Source: an uncultured bacterium
GTDB taxonomy: Bacteria; Babelota; Babeliae; Babelales; Vermiphilaceae
Assembly: GCA_963727255.1 (NCBI GenBank)
Contig: CAVSFC010000002.1
Location: 192,001 to 256,000 of the forward strand
Direction of reading: 5' to 3'
Length of the DNA: 64,000 nt
Shown here: positions 32,163-42,369 of the stretch, piece after piece
How the letters are laid out: every line of letters begins with the position of its first letter
How positions within the stretch are numbered: position 1 is the stretch's first letter
Made by a program: the position numbers and the translations under genes
The notes under the pieces: model-generated
What the model saw: the letters and a program-made list of their open reading frames with translations, nothing else
Databases searched by the model: none
What the model was told of the DNA's origin: nothing

Positions 32163-33290
32163 ATGAACTACTTATATTTATTAGTCTTATTAATAATTAA
32201 TTTTACCTGTATTGCAAAAAAAACCTATCACTGCGCGATCACCCATAAAGTAGAAGCTTGGCGCCGTTTGGGCGACAATATCATTACCGTTTGCAAAACT
32301 CAGTATTTTGCTGAACATTGTGGATTAAAAATTATCTATAAGCAGTTTACTTATGCCGACCAATTCAAGTTTTCTGAGACTGGAACTTTCTTGACTGATG
32401 AGCTGCAGAAGCAGTACTCAAAAATTGTACCAGTAAATAGAATGCAAGATATTGAAGAAGCCCTCAAATCTGGGGAATCCATTTTATTTGAAGTACATTT
32501 TTTGAGCGAAACGCCATGGCTCTATGCTTATAGCCGGCAAAATCAAGAGTTCGAGAATACTATCAAAAAATTATTTACACCAATCATTAAAATTGATCCA
32601 CTACCAAAACCTCAAAGCGTCGTTACAGTTGCTTTGCATGTTCGCAAGGGTGGTGGCTTTGATATGCCACTAGCATCGCAGCAGGAATATACAATTGATG
32701 AGCCTATCACTGGAATTTATCTCAAAAAAAATATGCCACTTAATTCCAATACTGATGTCTGGCCAATCAAATGGCCAGCGGGTTTTAAATATATTGAAGC
32801 GGTAAAAAATTTTATTGCAAAAAAAACACGCTTTTCAGATTATGTTTGGCCAATAAAATTTCCCCCGGATCAATATTATATTGATCATCTAAAATATTTA
32901 AGTGATTTTCTTTGCGATAAGCAATTATTAGTCTATCTATTTACCGATGATCCTAATCCTACTGATATCGTAAACCGATATAGCAAGGCTCTTGAAGATT
33001 GTCCTCGCATAATATTTTCTTATCGAGAAACAGGGAACCATCATACCAAAAATGTGATCCAAGATCTTTTTGCACTAACGCAATGCGATTGTTTGATTAG
33101 TGCAAGTTCATCATTTGCTCATGTTGCTGAATTATTGGGAAATCATTCAATTCTGATTATGCCAACCCATGCGATTACGTTACCGGATAAAATAATAATG
33201 AATAAGGTTGCTGTCTTTGGTGTAAATAATGCAAGTGATTCAAGCAAGAGGACGTTGCATCATTCTGAATTATCATACAAGATTAAATGA
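32163..33290 (+). CDS. Exported glycosyltransferase-like protein (GT11/alpha-1,2-fucosyltransferase-like motifs)
   Basis: RLGDN, VALHVRKGG, YLFTDDP, DLFALTQCDCLISASSSF. Confidence 0.65.
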   Translation: MNYLYLLVLLIINFTCIAKKTYHCAITHKVEAWRRLGDNIITVCKTQYFAEHCGLKIIYKQFTYADQFKFSETGTFLTDELQKQYSKIVPVNRMQDIEEALKSGESILFEVHFLSETPWLYAYSRQNQEFENTIKKLFTPIIKIDPLPKPQSVVTVALHVRKGGGFDMPLASQQEYTIDEPITGIYLKKNMPLNSNTDVWPIKWPAGFKYIEAVKNFIAKKTRFSDYVWPIKFPPDQYYIDHLKYLSDFLCDKQLLVYLFTDDPNPTDIVNRYSKALEDCPRIIFSYRETGNHHTKNVIQDLFALTQCDCLISASSSFAHVAELLGNHSILIMPTHAITLPDKIIMNKVAVFGVNNASDSSKRTLHHSELSYKIK

Positions 33291-33343
33291 GAACTCAATC
33301 TTTTATGTAAGAATTCATTATCACATGAAACAACAATGAATAT

Positions 33344-36300
33344 TTAAAGTTCCATTTTAAATAATTTAAATTCTCTTTTAATCTCTTGGAACTCTTTATG
33401 CAGCAGATCCATTTCTTCTTGCTGCATTGCCAATTGCAATTGCTGATCTTCCAACATTTTCTGATGCACTTGAAGTTGTTGAATTTGGGCTGCTGCTAGT
33501 GTATCTTCTCTGATATATGCAAGACCACTGTCGGTCTTTCCTATTAATTCAGGCCAAACTTCACAAACCTGTTCTTTTATTAACCCGAGTTCAGTAGTTG
33601 AATCAGTTCTCTTTTTACTTCTAAAAGTCGATAATTCGAGTGATAAAAGTTTTTCCGATGTATTCCTCTTAATACTTTCATCATCAAATATATCCGCATC
33701 CTCTTCGGCCGAGAAAGGAATCGATAAAAAACAATTAGGGCATTCCCCGTAAATCAATTGCCCGAGTGGTGTAATTTGGACAAAAGGAAATGGGAGCACA
33801 TTAAAAATATCAGTCATGCCATAAAAATAAGCCCCTTTGTTAACTACGGCATTGCCAATTGCTATAACACCTGGAGGAACGGGTATCACCGTACCTATGC
33901 CTATTGCAAAATCTCCCTGAGTGGTTACTTCCGCCCCAATTGCAATACACCTAACGCCTAATGCCGTAGACCCTTCACCCACCGCAACACCATTAACAAT
34001 AGCTTTTGCACCAGAACCGATAGCTATTGAACCCTCACCAGCTGCGTTTGAAGGAGAACCGATTGCTATGCAATTATCGCCAGGCACAATCGCAGCTGCA
34101 CCTATACCAATGCACGATTTTCCCGTGCTATTAGCTGCTTCACCAATTGCTATGTCACTCACACCTTTTGATTGGCTTCCAGATCCTATTGCAATCGAGC
34201 CCACACCAATTGCCATTGCTCCTTGCTTTGGAAGCGGTCCCCCTCCAATCGCAATTGCTGAGTTTGTGACAGGACAAGATGCATTTGCTCCGATTGCGAC
34301 GTTACAAGCAACCGCATTTCCGAAAACATTTGCAAGATAGCCGATAGCAACATTTTTACCAGTAGGCGCTCCGCCTGTACTAGCTACGTAACCAATCGCA
34401 GTGTCAAATATTGTACCTGCAGAACAACTTGCTCCTATTCCAACACATCCGTAAGTTGCGAAAGACAAGCTTCCAACAGCAACGCCATAATTGAAAGCAC
34501 TCTTGGAAATATAACCTACACTAACATTATAATCTCCTACTGATAGCGCGGTAAAGCCTGCGAGTGTATTATATATACCTAGAGTTTGACAATTATAACC
34601 TATACCAGTATTGCCAATACCGGGTTCAAATGCTGAAAGTGCATAGCTGCCAACGGCTGTATTATAACTTCCCAAATTTTCACCAAGAGCTCCAAAGCCA
34701 CATGCAGTATTATCATAAAGAGGAGTATAGGAAGGAAGATCAATGAGACCAAAAAAGACAGAATTGTCAGCAATCATGGCATTCATGCCTACTGCAGTAT
34801 TACGCGCTCCATAAACTGTTGATCCCAGCGCATTAGTTCCTAGAGCAGTATTATAATACCCGAGCACATTATATTCCATTGCACTATTGCCAACTGCAGT
34901 ATTATAAAATACCAGATTATATTCTAAGGCTGATCCACCTACGGCTGTATTATAGAAACCAACTAAATTATATGCTAATGCATCAGATCCAATGGCAGTA
35001 TTATAACTTCCACCTATATTATAAGTCAGTGATCCAGTACCAACCGCTGTATTAAAATATCCAATGGTATTAAAGCCCAGTGCATCTGCGCCTATTGCGG
35101 TATTCCAAAATGATTGGTTATATTGTAATGCAGATGTTCCCACCGCCGTATTCCAATAACCGATAGTATTATATTGAAAAGCATGGCTACCGACTGCGGT
35201 ATTAAATGCTCCATCTAAATTATATTGCATTGCTTCAAAACCAACTGCGGTATTTTCATACCCATGCGTATTGCGCTCTAAGGCTGAAGTTCCGACCGCA
35301 GTAATAGCCGATTCTTGATTATCATGCAATGCATTAAACCCTATTGCCACACAATCATCAACATCAGTTGCATCGTGAAGTGCTTGCGATCCCCATACCG
35401 TATTATGATTGCTTCCTGCTAACGTAACCGCTGCTTGTGCACCGCCAATAGTATTATCAGTTCCGGTGCGATCATTTTGAAGTGCTTGGCAGCCAAATGC
35501 AGAATTTCTTACTCCAATTTGATTATTCTGCATGGCGCTCTCACCAACGGCTGTATTTGAAGTACCATTAGCAACCGGGTTAGTATTATCACCAACTGAA
35601 AGATTACAGTTTGCTTTGCTCGTTGCTACAACGGTGCTTCCATTAATCGTTATATAATAGGTGGTATTAATGGGGCCTTCTACATTAAGCGGACCATACA
35701 CATCCAAATATTCATTGATCGTTGCTCCTTGATTTACTTGCAACCATCCCTCAAGCGTGGTATTTCCGCACACATAGAGATTTTTGCCAATCCCAACGCC
35801 GCCATCAACTACTAATGCTCCATCGGTACACGAATCGGAATTAGTACTATTAATCACATGCAGTTGACCACAGACATTCAGATCACCCGCAATGCCAACA
35901 CCGCCACCAACAGTCAGTGCGCCGTCGGTGCAATCAGTGCTTTGCGTGGTATTGGTTATTGCGACTTGCCCGCAGATATTCGCATTTTTACCGATGCCAA
36001 TACCTCCACCAACTATAAGCGCACCTGAATCACAATTTGAGCTTTGCGTAGTATTAGTAATGGTAACTGGCCCTTGTGATGTTATCGATCCACACACATT
36101 TAAATTTCCACGAATTCCCACGCCGCCATCAACTACCAATGCACCATTAGTACAATTGGTACTATTCGTGGTATTTAAAATATGTTCAGTTCCACCGACA
36201 TTCAGATTCCCTTGAATTCCCACGCCCCCATTAACCACTAAGGCTCCGGTAAATGTATCAACGCTATCGGTATTATTGGTTATCTCAACTTGGCCGGTAA

Positions 36301-36814
36301 AATTAGTGGTACCGCGAACCGTTTGGCCTATTGCAATAGCAGCCGCAGTTGTCGCACACACAGAGTTCACGGCTGCGCATGCTGGTTGCGTGATGCATGA
36401 TGATCCGATACTGGTGCTCATTGTTGTAATTGGGCAAGCACGCGTTTCTAGTTTGGTCGGCGCTTGCATGATATCTTTTTTTAATTTTCCCACATACAGC
36501 TTGAGCGATTCTGCTTGCGCGGGATCTTTTTTTTCTGCAATCATGCAAGCATCATCCAGTTCACGCAGCGCTTCTTGAATAATATGCTGATCAATCAAAT
36601 TGTTATTATTATCAGCTTCTTTCATAAGTTGAGAGAATGCGGGCATAGCGCTGAGCATTTTTTTATCAATTTTATCTTTTACAATATGCAAACGCTTGGC
36701 AACTTTACGCGGAATCTCAACATGCAAAATTTCTACTGAAGCAGATTCATTGCATACGAGTGATAAGGCAAACGCAAGAATTATAAATAGTGCATGGATT
36801 ATATTAGTCTTCAT
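33344..36814 (-). CDS. Large fibre/adhesin-like protein with tail-fibre and YadA-head-like repeats and a degenerate intramolecular chaperone (peptidase S74-like) C-terminus
   Basis: Signal peptide; five ST.C..GAL.V.GGVGI-type repeats; many NTAVG..AL..N..G repeats; A....IAIG repeats; C-terminal KLLSLELSTF...LGLIKEQVCEVWPELI plus coiled coil. Confidence 0.8.
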   Translation of the reverse strand: MKTNIIHALFIILAFALSLVCNESASVEILHVEIPRKVAKRLHIVKDKIDKKMLSAMPAFSQLMKEADNNNNLIDQHIIQEALRELDDACMIAEKKDPAQAESLKLYVGKLKKDIMQAPTKLETRACPITTMSTSIGSSCITQPACAAVNSVCATTAAAIAIGQTVRGTTNFTGQVEITNNTDSVDTFTGALVVNGGVGIQGNLNVGGTEHILNTTNSTNCTNGALVVDGGVGIRGNLNVCGSITSQGPVTITNTTQSSNCDSGALIVGGGIGIGKNANICGQVAITNTTQSTDCTDGALTVGGGVGIAGDLNVCGQLHVINSTNSDSCTDGALVVDGGVGIGKNLYVCGNTTLEGWLQVNQGATINEYLDVYGPLNVEGPINTTYYITINGSTVVATSKANCNLSVGDNTNPVANGTSNTAVGESAMQNNQIGVRNSAFGCQALQNDRTGTDNTIGGAQAAVTLAGSNHNTVWGSQALHDATDVDDCVAIGFNALHDNQESAITAVGTSALERNTHGYENTAVGFEAMQYNLDGAFNTAVGSHAFQYNTIGYWNTAVGTSALQYNQSFWNTAIGADALGFNTIGYFNTAVGTGSLTYNIGGSYNTAIGSDALAYNLVGFYNTAVGGSALEYNLVFYNTAVGNSAMEYNVLGYYNTALGTNALGSTVYGARNTAVGMNAMIADNSVFFGLIDLPSYTPLYDNTACGFGALGENLGSYNTAVGSYALSAFEPGIGNTGIGYNCQTLGIYNTLAGFTALSVGDYNVSVGYISKSAFNYGVAVGSLSFATYGCVGIGASCSAGTIFDTAIGYVASTGGAPTGKNVAIGYLANVFGNAVACNVAIGANASCPVTNSAIAIGGGPLPKQGAMAIGVGSIAIGSGSQSKGVSDIAIGEAANSTGKSCIGIGAAAIVPGDNCIAIGSPSNAAGEGSIAIGSGAKAIVNGVAVGEGSTALGVRCIAIGAEVTTQGDFAIGIGTVIPVPPGVIAIGNAVVNKGAYFYGMTDIFNVLPFPFVQITPLGQLIYGECPNCFLSIPFSAEEDADIFDDESIKRNTSEKLLSLELSTFRSKKRTDSTTELGLIKEQVCEVWPELIGKTDSGLAYIREDTLAAAQIQQLQVHQKMLEDQQLQLAMQQEEMDLLHKEFQEIKREFKLFKMEL

Positions 36815-36972
36815 CACTGTAACCTTCTTAATTTTTCTAAAACTTTTTCATACTAAACTAATAAAAAAAAAATTTATAAGTCAATGAACCTTACTTTTTT
36901 GTATTCTTGCATTTTGATTTGTTTTTCAGTAATGATTCTAAATAAAGATTCATTCTAGTGGAAAGGAGTTCT

Positions 36973-38601
36973 GTGAAGATAATTAAGTGGTACTTATATC
37001 TTATATTTTTTTTATTGCTAGGGATGACCGATGCGCAATCCCTTGTCAATCCTTCTTTAGTAACTCGCCAATGCCCCGGAGGCGTATGCTCCTCCTGTTC
37101 GTCGGGATTTTGCCCTTCGAACTTTATATGCCCATCGAGCTCTTCCAGCAGCAGTACTGCCACAGGAGGCTGTGCCAATTGCACAACATTCTGCTGTATT
37201 AATGCGCAAAACCTTACGGTAAACAACACCCTCACGGTCGCTTGTGAAAATATTTCCGGCAATTTAACCGTTGGAGGAAGCGTTCTGATCGGTGGCGCTT
37301 TAATTGTTGAAGGAAATAGCGATTTAAAAGGGGATGTGTGCGCTGAACAAAATTTATCGGTCGGTGATAATGCAACGATTGGCGGCAATGAGACCATCGC
37401 CGGAAGTTTAAACGTAAATAATGGGGCAATTATTAGTGGTCCATTAGTAATTAACGGTAATGAAACCGTTAATGGTTCAATCACCGTAACTAATAATGAA
37501 CAAATCAATGGCACATTAACGGTTGGCGCGAGCGGCACCATCGGCGGATTACTAACAGCCCTGGGCGGACTATCAGTTTTTAATGGTGAAACCATAAACA
37601 ATGGTGGATTAGTTATTTTAAGCGGCGGTGCAAATATCACGGGCGATGTTACTATCAGTGGCGATCAAACATTAGATAATTTAGAAGTACTTGGCAGTCT
37701 CACCGTTGACGGAAACTCTTTTTTCAATGGTTGTAACACCACCATTAACGGCACCTTGACTACCGATGGCCCGGTAACTATGAATAAGGGATTAACAATT
37801 GCATCCGGCAATGAAGTGATTAGCACAGGAAATTTAACGCTCACTGCGGGAAATTTAACCGTTGGTGGCCAATCAATATTTAATGGGCCGGTAACCACAA
37901 ACAACGGCGCCACCATAAATAACGGGTTAACCGTATTCGGCGGAGAAACAATCGCAACGGGTAATCTCACTATCGCAACGTGCGGGAATGCAACCATTGG
38001 CGGCACCTTAAGCGTTACTAATCAGATCGTGAGCCCTTCAGCAGGAACGCTCAGCGATCTTCTTTTGACCGATAGCCTTAATAGCACGAGTCCATCAACC
38101 GGAACACTTATAGTTAAAGGAGGCGTTGGAATTGCGCAAGATTTATGGATAGGCGGTAGTGAATTCTTCCAAGAAGTAGCAAATGAAGCGGGAACACCAA
38201 CCGCATTCAACTATTATGAAGAAATGTGTTTTCCAATGTCATTTACCTATGGGGCATCAACAACAACGATAAGCATTCAAGTGGTGCGTATCGGCAATTT
38301 GGTAAATCTCTTAATTCCAACCATGTTCTTTGGCGCGTCAGCAGCTCCAAGCACCATTAAATCAACCACTGTAATGCCGACTCGATTTGCTCCGGGCTGC
38401 ATTGTGCGCGGCGCAGCATCAACGGTTGTAAACACAGCAAGCCAATTGGGAGAATTCGAGGTGGATCCATCGGGGACCATCATTATCGGCCTTCCAGGCG
38501 CTGCACTCGGACCGCAGCCATTTACCTCAACTACAACAGTGCAGGCAGATATTAATACGATCACCTATAATAGATTAAGCTGTGGTTGCCCGACAACCTA
38601 A
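36973..38601 (+). CDS. Secreted Cys-rich beta-helical fibre-like protein
   Basis: AAGGAG SD before GTG at 36973; Cys-rich N-region; G.L.V.G repeats; STGTLIVKGGVGI; TAFNYYEE...VVRIGNLVNL. Confidence 0.8.
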   Translation: MKIIKWYLYLIFFLLLGMTDAQSLVNPSLVTRQCPGGVCSSCSSGFCPSNFICPSSSSSSSTATGGCANCTTFCCINAQNLTVNNTLTVACENISGNLTVGGSVLIGGALIVEGNSDLKGDVCAEQNLSVGDNATIGGNETIAGSLNVNNGAIISGPLVINGNETVNGSITVTNNEQINGTLTVGASGTIGGLLTALGGLSVFNGETINNGGLVILSGGANITGDVTISGDQTLDNLEVLGSLTVDGNSFFNGCNTTINGTLTTDGPVTMNKGLTIASGNEVISTGNLTLTAGNLTVGGQSIFNGPVTTNNGATINNGLTVFGGETIATGNLTIATCGNATIGGTLSVTNQIVSPSAGTLSDLLLTDSLNSTSPSTGTLIVKGGVGIAQDLWIGGSEFFQEVANEAGTPTAFNYYEEMCFPMSFTYGASTTTISIQVVRIGNLVNLLIPTMFFGASAAPSTIKSTTVMPTRFAPGCIVRGAASTVVNTASQLGEFEVDPSGTIIIGLPGAALGPQPFTSTTTVQADINTITYNRLSCGCPTT

Positions 38602-38624
38602 ATTAAAAAGGAAAGGGATTCTTT

Positions 38625-40439
38625 GTGAAGATTCTTACCAGATTTATTATTCCTCTCCTGTTGTGCTCATGCATTTACTCGGATACGCATGCCAAAAGTA
38701 AAAAAACAAAACAGGAAAATACCTCGAAAGCAAATCAACCAACCAAACAATCGACTATTCCACCTTCCTGCGGGCCATGCACGAGTTTAATCTGTTCAGG
38801 CTCCTCGGGAGCAACGGGAATATCGGGATGCACAGGACCCAATTGTAGTGGCTGCACTGGGGGCAGCTTGGCCACCTTTTGCTGTTTGAGTGCAACCACA
38901 ACTATTAACGTGGTTGGCCAAACAACCATTGCCCAAAAAAATGTAATTGGTAATGTAGCAGTGGGGCTCTCTGGTGATATTAAGGATGATTTAACCGTTT
39001 CTGAAACTACTGATTTACAAGGCAACGTTTGTATGGAAGGCAACTTAAATGTTGGCCAAAATCTCTCAGTTGCTGGGCTTGCGGTAGTTCTTGGAAGTTT
39101 ACAAGTAGGCAATGGCGCAACGGTTAGCGGCAATCTACAAGAAAACGGCAATGTTACCGTAAATGGTTCGCTTCTTGCAACCGGCAATAAGCAAATGACC
39201 GGTACACTTTCTGTTGGCGGCAATGCAACATTTAGTGGTTTGCTCACCGCAAGTGGAGGATTATCAGTATACAACGGAGAAATTATTAACAGTGGTGGAT
39301 TAACCATCGTATGTTCAGGAGCGAGCGGTGCCACAGGAGCCACGGGAATCTCGGGCATCAGTGGATGCAGCGGCGCTCAGATTAATGGCGATATTTGCAT
39401 CACCGGTGATGAGATTATTAATGGTGATCTTTTTATTAGTGATTCTTTAACTATTGATGAGCTTGCTACATTTAATGGCAATGTAACCATTGGCACGAGC
39501 GGCCCGACCGGAAGTAATAGCGCCTTAATCACCAATAGCAGCGTTATTATGAACGATGGGCTAACTATTGCCGGAGGAGATGAAATAATCAATGCTGGCA
39601 GTTTAACAATTGCTAGTGGAACACTTATGGTTGGCGGAGCATCAACATTCCTTCAACCAATTACCACAAATGATGGAGTAATTATCCAAGGAGGGTTAAC
39701 GGTCAATGGTGGCCAGAATATAAATTTGGGCAATCTCGATGTGACTATTGGCAGTGCATTTATTAGTGGCGGATTAACCGTGAATGGTTCAATTTCCAGC
39801 TCAACCGGGATCTCTTCATTTGATTCATTAACACTCACCGATACATTAAACAGCCTTTGCCCAAGCGGACCAGCAGCAACGTTAGTAGTAGATGGCGGAG
39901 TAGGAGTTGCCAAAGATCTTTGGCTCGGCGGCGCAGAATATTTTGCGCAAGTTGCTACGCAAGGAGGAACACCAACTGCCCTTGATTATTATGAAGAAAG
40001 TTGCTTTTCTTCCGCATTTATTTGGGGAGGACAAACAGTAAACCCAGCAACAAGCGTACAGGTCAAGATAGTTCGTGTAGGAGATATCGTGAATCTTCTT
40101 ATTCCTGCATTTATTATTAGCAATCCGGGAACTCATATAGACGTAGTCAGCTCCGCAAGCCCACTACCCGCGCGCTTTAGACCCTTCACAACTATCCGTG
40201 GAGCAGCAGCCACCATCGTGAGCAATGCTCCAACCAGTGCGACGACTAGTATGGTTACCGGTGCATTGGGCGAATTTGATGTTGCGCCTTCTGGGACTAT
40301 CACATTTGGTTTGCCGGGATTAAATAATGCCATCGGCCCACAAACTATCAGTTCCGTTAATTACGTTGCAGTTGATTATAATACCATAACGTATCAATTA
40401 GGCGGATGCAGCACTACGTGCAAAATGCCTTGCACATAA
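38625..40439 (+). CDS. Secreted Cys-rich beta-helical fibre-like protein, paralog of the preceding gene
   Basis: Collinear with the 36973 protein (TFCC, GLLTA.GGLSV.NGE.IN.GGL.I, GGVG.A.DLW.GG.E.F, GTPTA..YYEE, LGEF.V.PSGTI..GLPG, NTITY). Confidence 0.85.
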   Translation: MKILTRFIIPLLLCSCIYSDTHAKSKKTKQENTSKANQPTKQSTIPPSCGPCTSLICSGSSGATGISGCTGPNCSGCTGGSLATFCCLSATTTINVVGQTTIAQKNVIGNVAVGLSGDIKDDLTVSETTDLQGNVCMEGNLNVGQNLSVAGLAVVLGSLQVGNGATVSGNLQENGNVTVNGSLLATGNKQMTGTLSVGGNATFSGLLTASGGLSVYNGEIINSGGLTIVCSGASGATGATGISGISGCSGAQINGDICITGDEIINGDLFISDSLTIDELATFNGNVTIGTSGPTGSNSALITNSSVIMNDGLTIAGGDEIINAGSLTIASGTLMVGGASTFLQPITTNDGVIIQGGLTVNGGQNINLGNLDVTIGSAFISGGLTVNGSISSSTGISSFDSLTLTDTLNSLCPSGPAATLVVDGGVGVAKDLWLGGAEYFAQVATQGGTPTALDYYEESCFSSAFIWGGQTVNPATSVQVKIVRVGDIVNLLIPAFIISNPGTHIDVVSSASPLPARFRPFTTIRGAAATIVSNAPTSATTSMVTGALGEFDVAPSGTITFGLPGLNNAIGPQTISSVNYVAVDYNTITYQLGGCSTTCKMPCT

Positions 40440-40464
40440 TGCTATCGAATTGAAAACTTTCCTG

Positions 40465-40499
40465 GGGCACACGTACATTCTTGTGCCCTATTTTTTTTT
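40465..40499 (+). terminator. Intrinsic terminator after the fibre genes
   Basis: GGGCACA, 10-nt loop, TGTGCCC, followed by a 9-T run. Confidence 0.75.
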
Positions 40500-40545
40500 A
40501 AAGAACCTGAGTAAACTTCACTTTAAAAATTAAGGGAGTTAGTTT

Positions 40546-41622
40546 ATGAAAAAAAATGTATTAATCCTTTGTTTTACACTACTACTTTTTTGCAAATTAC
40601 CTGCAGATTTTTTTGAAAATCTTCTCATACCGCAAGAACAAGTGCCCAATACAATCTACTATCAACTGCTCCCTGCAGCAGACGATAAAAATCCAGGTAT
40701 CAGCTTTATCAAAAGTAGAGAATCTAAAACAATGTCATTAGAAGATGAATACTTAGAAATGCTCGATACTGCATTTACCGCAACTAAATTTATTGAAACC
40801 GGTACTTACGATGGGGGCACTACCGCAAAAGCTGCCTATCATTGGAATGTTGAAACTATCGAACTTAGCAAGGAACTTGCAGCAAAAGCAAAAAAACGTT
40901 TTGCTAAAAATAAGGAGATCAAAGTGCATCACGGAGATTCAATAAAGATCCTGCCAACTATTTTAAAATCAATTAATGATAAGCCCATCATTTTTCTCGA
41001 TGCTCATTTTAGCATGCATGATACTGCCAAGGGTTCAGAGAATACACCGATACTAACTGAATTGGATAAAATTAAGCACAGTAAAATTACCGATGCAATT
41101 CTTATTATTGATGATATTCGAATGTTTGATACCCATCTCACATCCATGAAAGATACTTTTGCCCAAGGATATCCAACCCTTAATCAGGTTGTTGAAAAAA
41201 TTCTTACGATTAATGATACCTATCAATGTGCCATAGTTTACGATACGCTCATTGCTTTTACTGCGGATGAACAAATTTGCGTATCTCCGGTGGTTAAAGC
41301 AGTAACCATGAGCAGGCTATATGATGGGCAAAATTATTTGATTGACGATATTATCTTAGCAGAACTGTGTATTGCGCATGCAAAAGATAAAGAAAAAGAA
41401 GCACTTGCAGATCTCGCTGAGCATTGGATTGAAGCCTGGAGCCAGAATGCTGGATTATCTCGGCATTATGCACTATGGATGGGATTATTAATGCTTGAAC
41501 ATGAAGATTATACTAAAGCAAAAATACATCTTTTAGAAGCGAAAAAGCGGGGACTGAAAGATTGGCGGATCGATTGGTATATCGCGATGGCTGAAGCGCA
41601 GTGTTTTTTTGATATACGATAA
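40546..41622 (+). CDS. Exported SAM-dependent methyltransferase-like protein with a helical (TPR-like) C-terminus
   Basis: FIETGTYDGGT, TIELS, HGDS, IIFLDAH, ILIIDDIR. Confidence 0.7.
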   Translation: MKKNVLILCFTLLLFCKLPADFFENLLIPQEQVPNTIYYQLLPAADDKNPGISFIKSRESKTMSLEDEYLEMLDTAFTATKFIETGTYDGGTTAKAAYHWNVETIELSKELAAKAKKRFAKNKEIKVHHGDSIKILPTILKSINDKPIIFLDAHFSMHDTAKGSENTPILTELDKIKHSKITDAILIIDDIRMFDTHLTSMKDTFAQGYPTLNQVVEKILTINDTYQCAIVYDTLIAFTADEQICVSPVVKAVTMSRLYDGQNYLIDDIILAELCIAHAKDKEKEALADLAEHWIEAWSQNAGLSRHYALWMGLLMLEHEDYTKAKIHLLEAKKRGLKDWRIDWYIAMAEAQCFFDIR

Positions 41623-41646
41623 TTATTTTTCAAGGTGAAAAAACCA

Positions 41647-41721
41647 CCGTTCGCTTCCCAGCCCTCGCGTATTCCGTTCGTGCTGACCTCTCGACTCACT
41701 ATGTTCGCTCGAGACGAACGG
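41647..41721. repeat. Palindromic element (copy R3), overlapping the orn 3' end
   Basis: CCGTTCGCTTCCCAGCC...CTCTCGACTCAC...GCTCGAGACGAACGG; the ends are the reverse complement of the R1 ends. Confidence 0.85.
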
Positions 41722-42280
41722 GAGAGTCGGATATAAAAAAGTATTTGCGATAATGGGCAAGCTCTTTAATTGAGCCCCGCACATCTTCTAGTGCCCGATG
41801 ATTATCGGGTTTTTCAAATTTAAGAAACTGGCTTTTAGGGTACCAGCGCTGGGCAAGCTCCTTAATGGAACTCACATCAATAATACGATAATGAAGATAA
41901 TCAACAATGCGTGGCATTGATTTACGCATAAAAGCACGATCCTGCCATACTGAATTGCCGCATAAAATGCCATCCTTAGGTGGACAATATTCTTTAATAA
42001 AATCTAATGTTTCTTCTTGCGCGACGGCGATTGTCATGGAAGATTTTTGCACCGCATCAATTAATCCGGTTTTGGTATGCTGGTTGCGAACCCAATCATC
42101 CATAAGATCAAGCGCTGCCTGTGGCTGATGAATAATTAATGCCGGCCCTTCAGCAACAATATTTAATTGATTGTCAGTGATAATGGTAGCGATTTCTAAA
42201 ATCACATCAATATCAGGATTAAGCCCCGTCATTTCCAAATCTAACCAAATTAAAAATTCTTTCTTCTTTGTCCCATTCAC
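41699..42280 (-). CDS. orn: Oligoribonuclease
   Basis: IWLDLEMTGL, ILEIATIITD, LCGNSVWQDR, HYRIIDVSSIKEL, HRALEDVRGSIKEL. Confidence 0.96.
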   Translation of the reverse strand: MNGTKKKEFLIWLDLEMTGLNPDIDVILEIATIITDNQLNIVAEGPALIIHQPQAALDLMDDWVRNQHTKTGLIDAVQKSSMTIAVAQEETLDFIKEYCPPKDGILCGNSVWQDRAFMRKSMPRIVDYLHYRIIDVSSIKELAQRWYPKSQFLKFEKPDNHRALEDVRGSIKELAHYRKYFFISDSPVRLERT

Positions 42281-42369
42281 AATGGACCTTTCTTTTATGC
42301 AGCCTTATTTATGCGTATCATGCCTGAGCTGAGTTTGATTTTTCAATAGATGTGGGATGTAAGTCCATT

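Noticed and set aside
34760..35300. Roughly periodic GCAGTATTA/GCGGTATT motifs as a CRISPR array
   Set aside because: These encode the NTAVG protein repeats in frame; they are degenerate, lack unique spacers, and no cas genes are present.
33758..40333. Long antisense ORFs over the fibre genes (e.g. 36891..37640, 38735..39358)
   Set aside because: Expected stop-poor shadows of Gly/Thr/Asn/Val-rich repeats, with no motifs of their own.
33344..40439. Prophage or tailocin
   Set aside because: No integrase, terminase, capsid, sheath, tube, baseplate or lysis genes; the fibre-like proteins carry Sec signal peptides.
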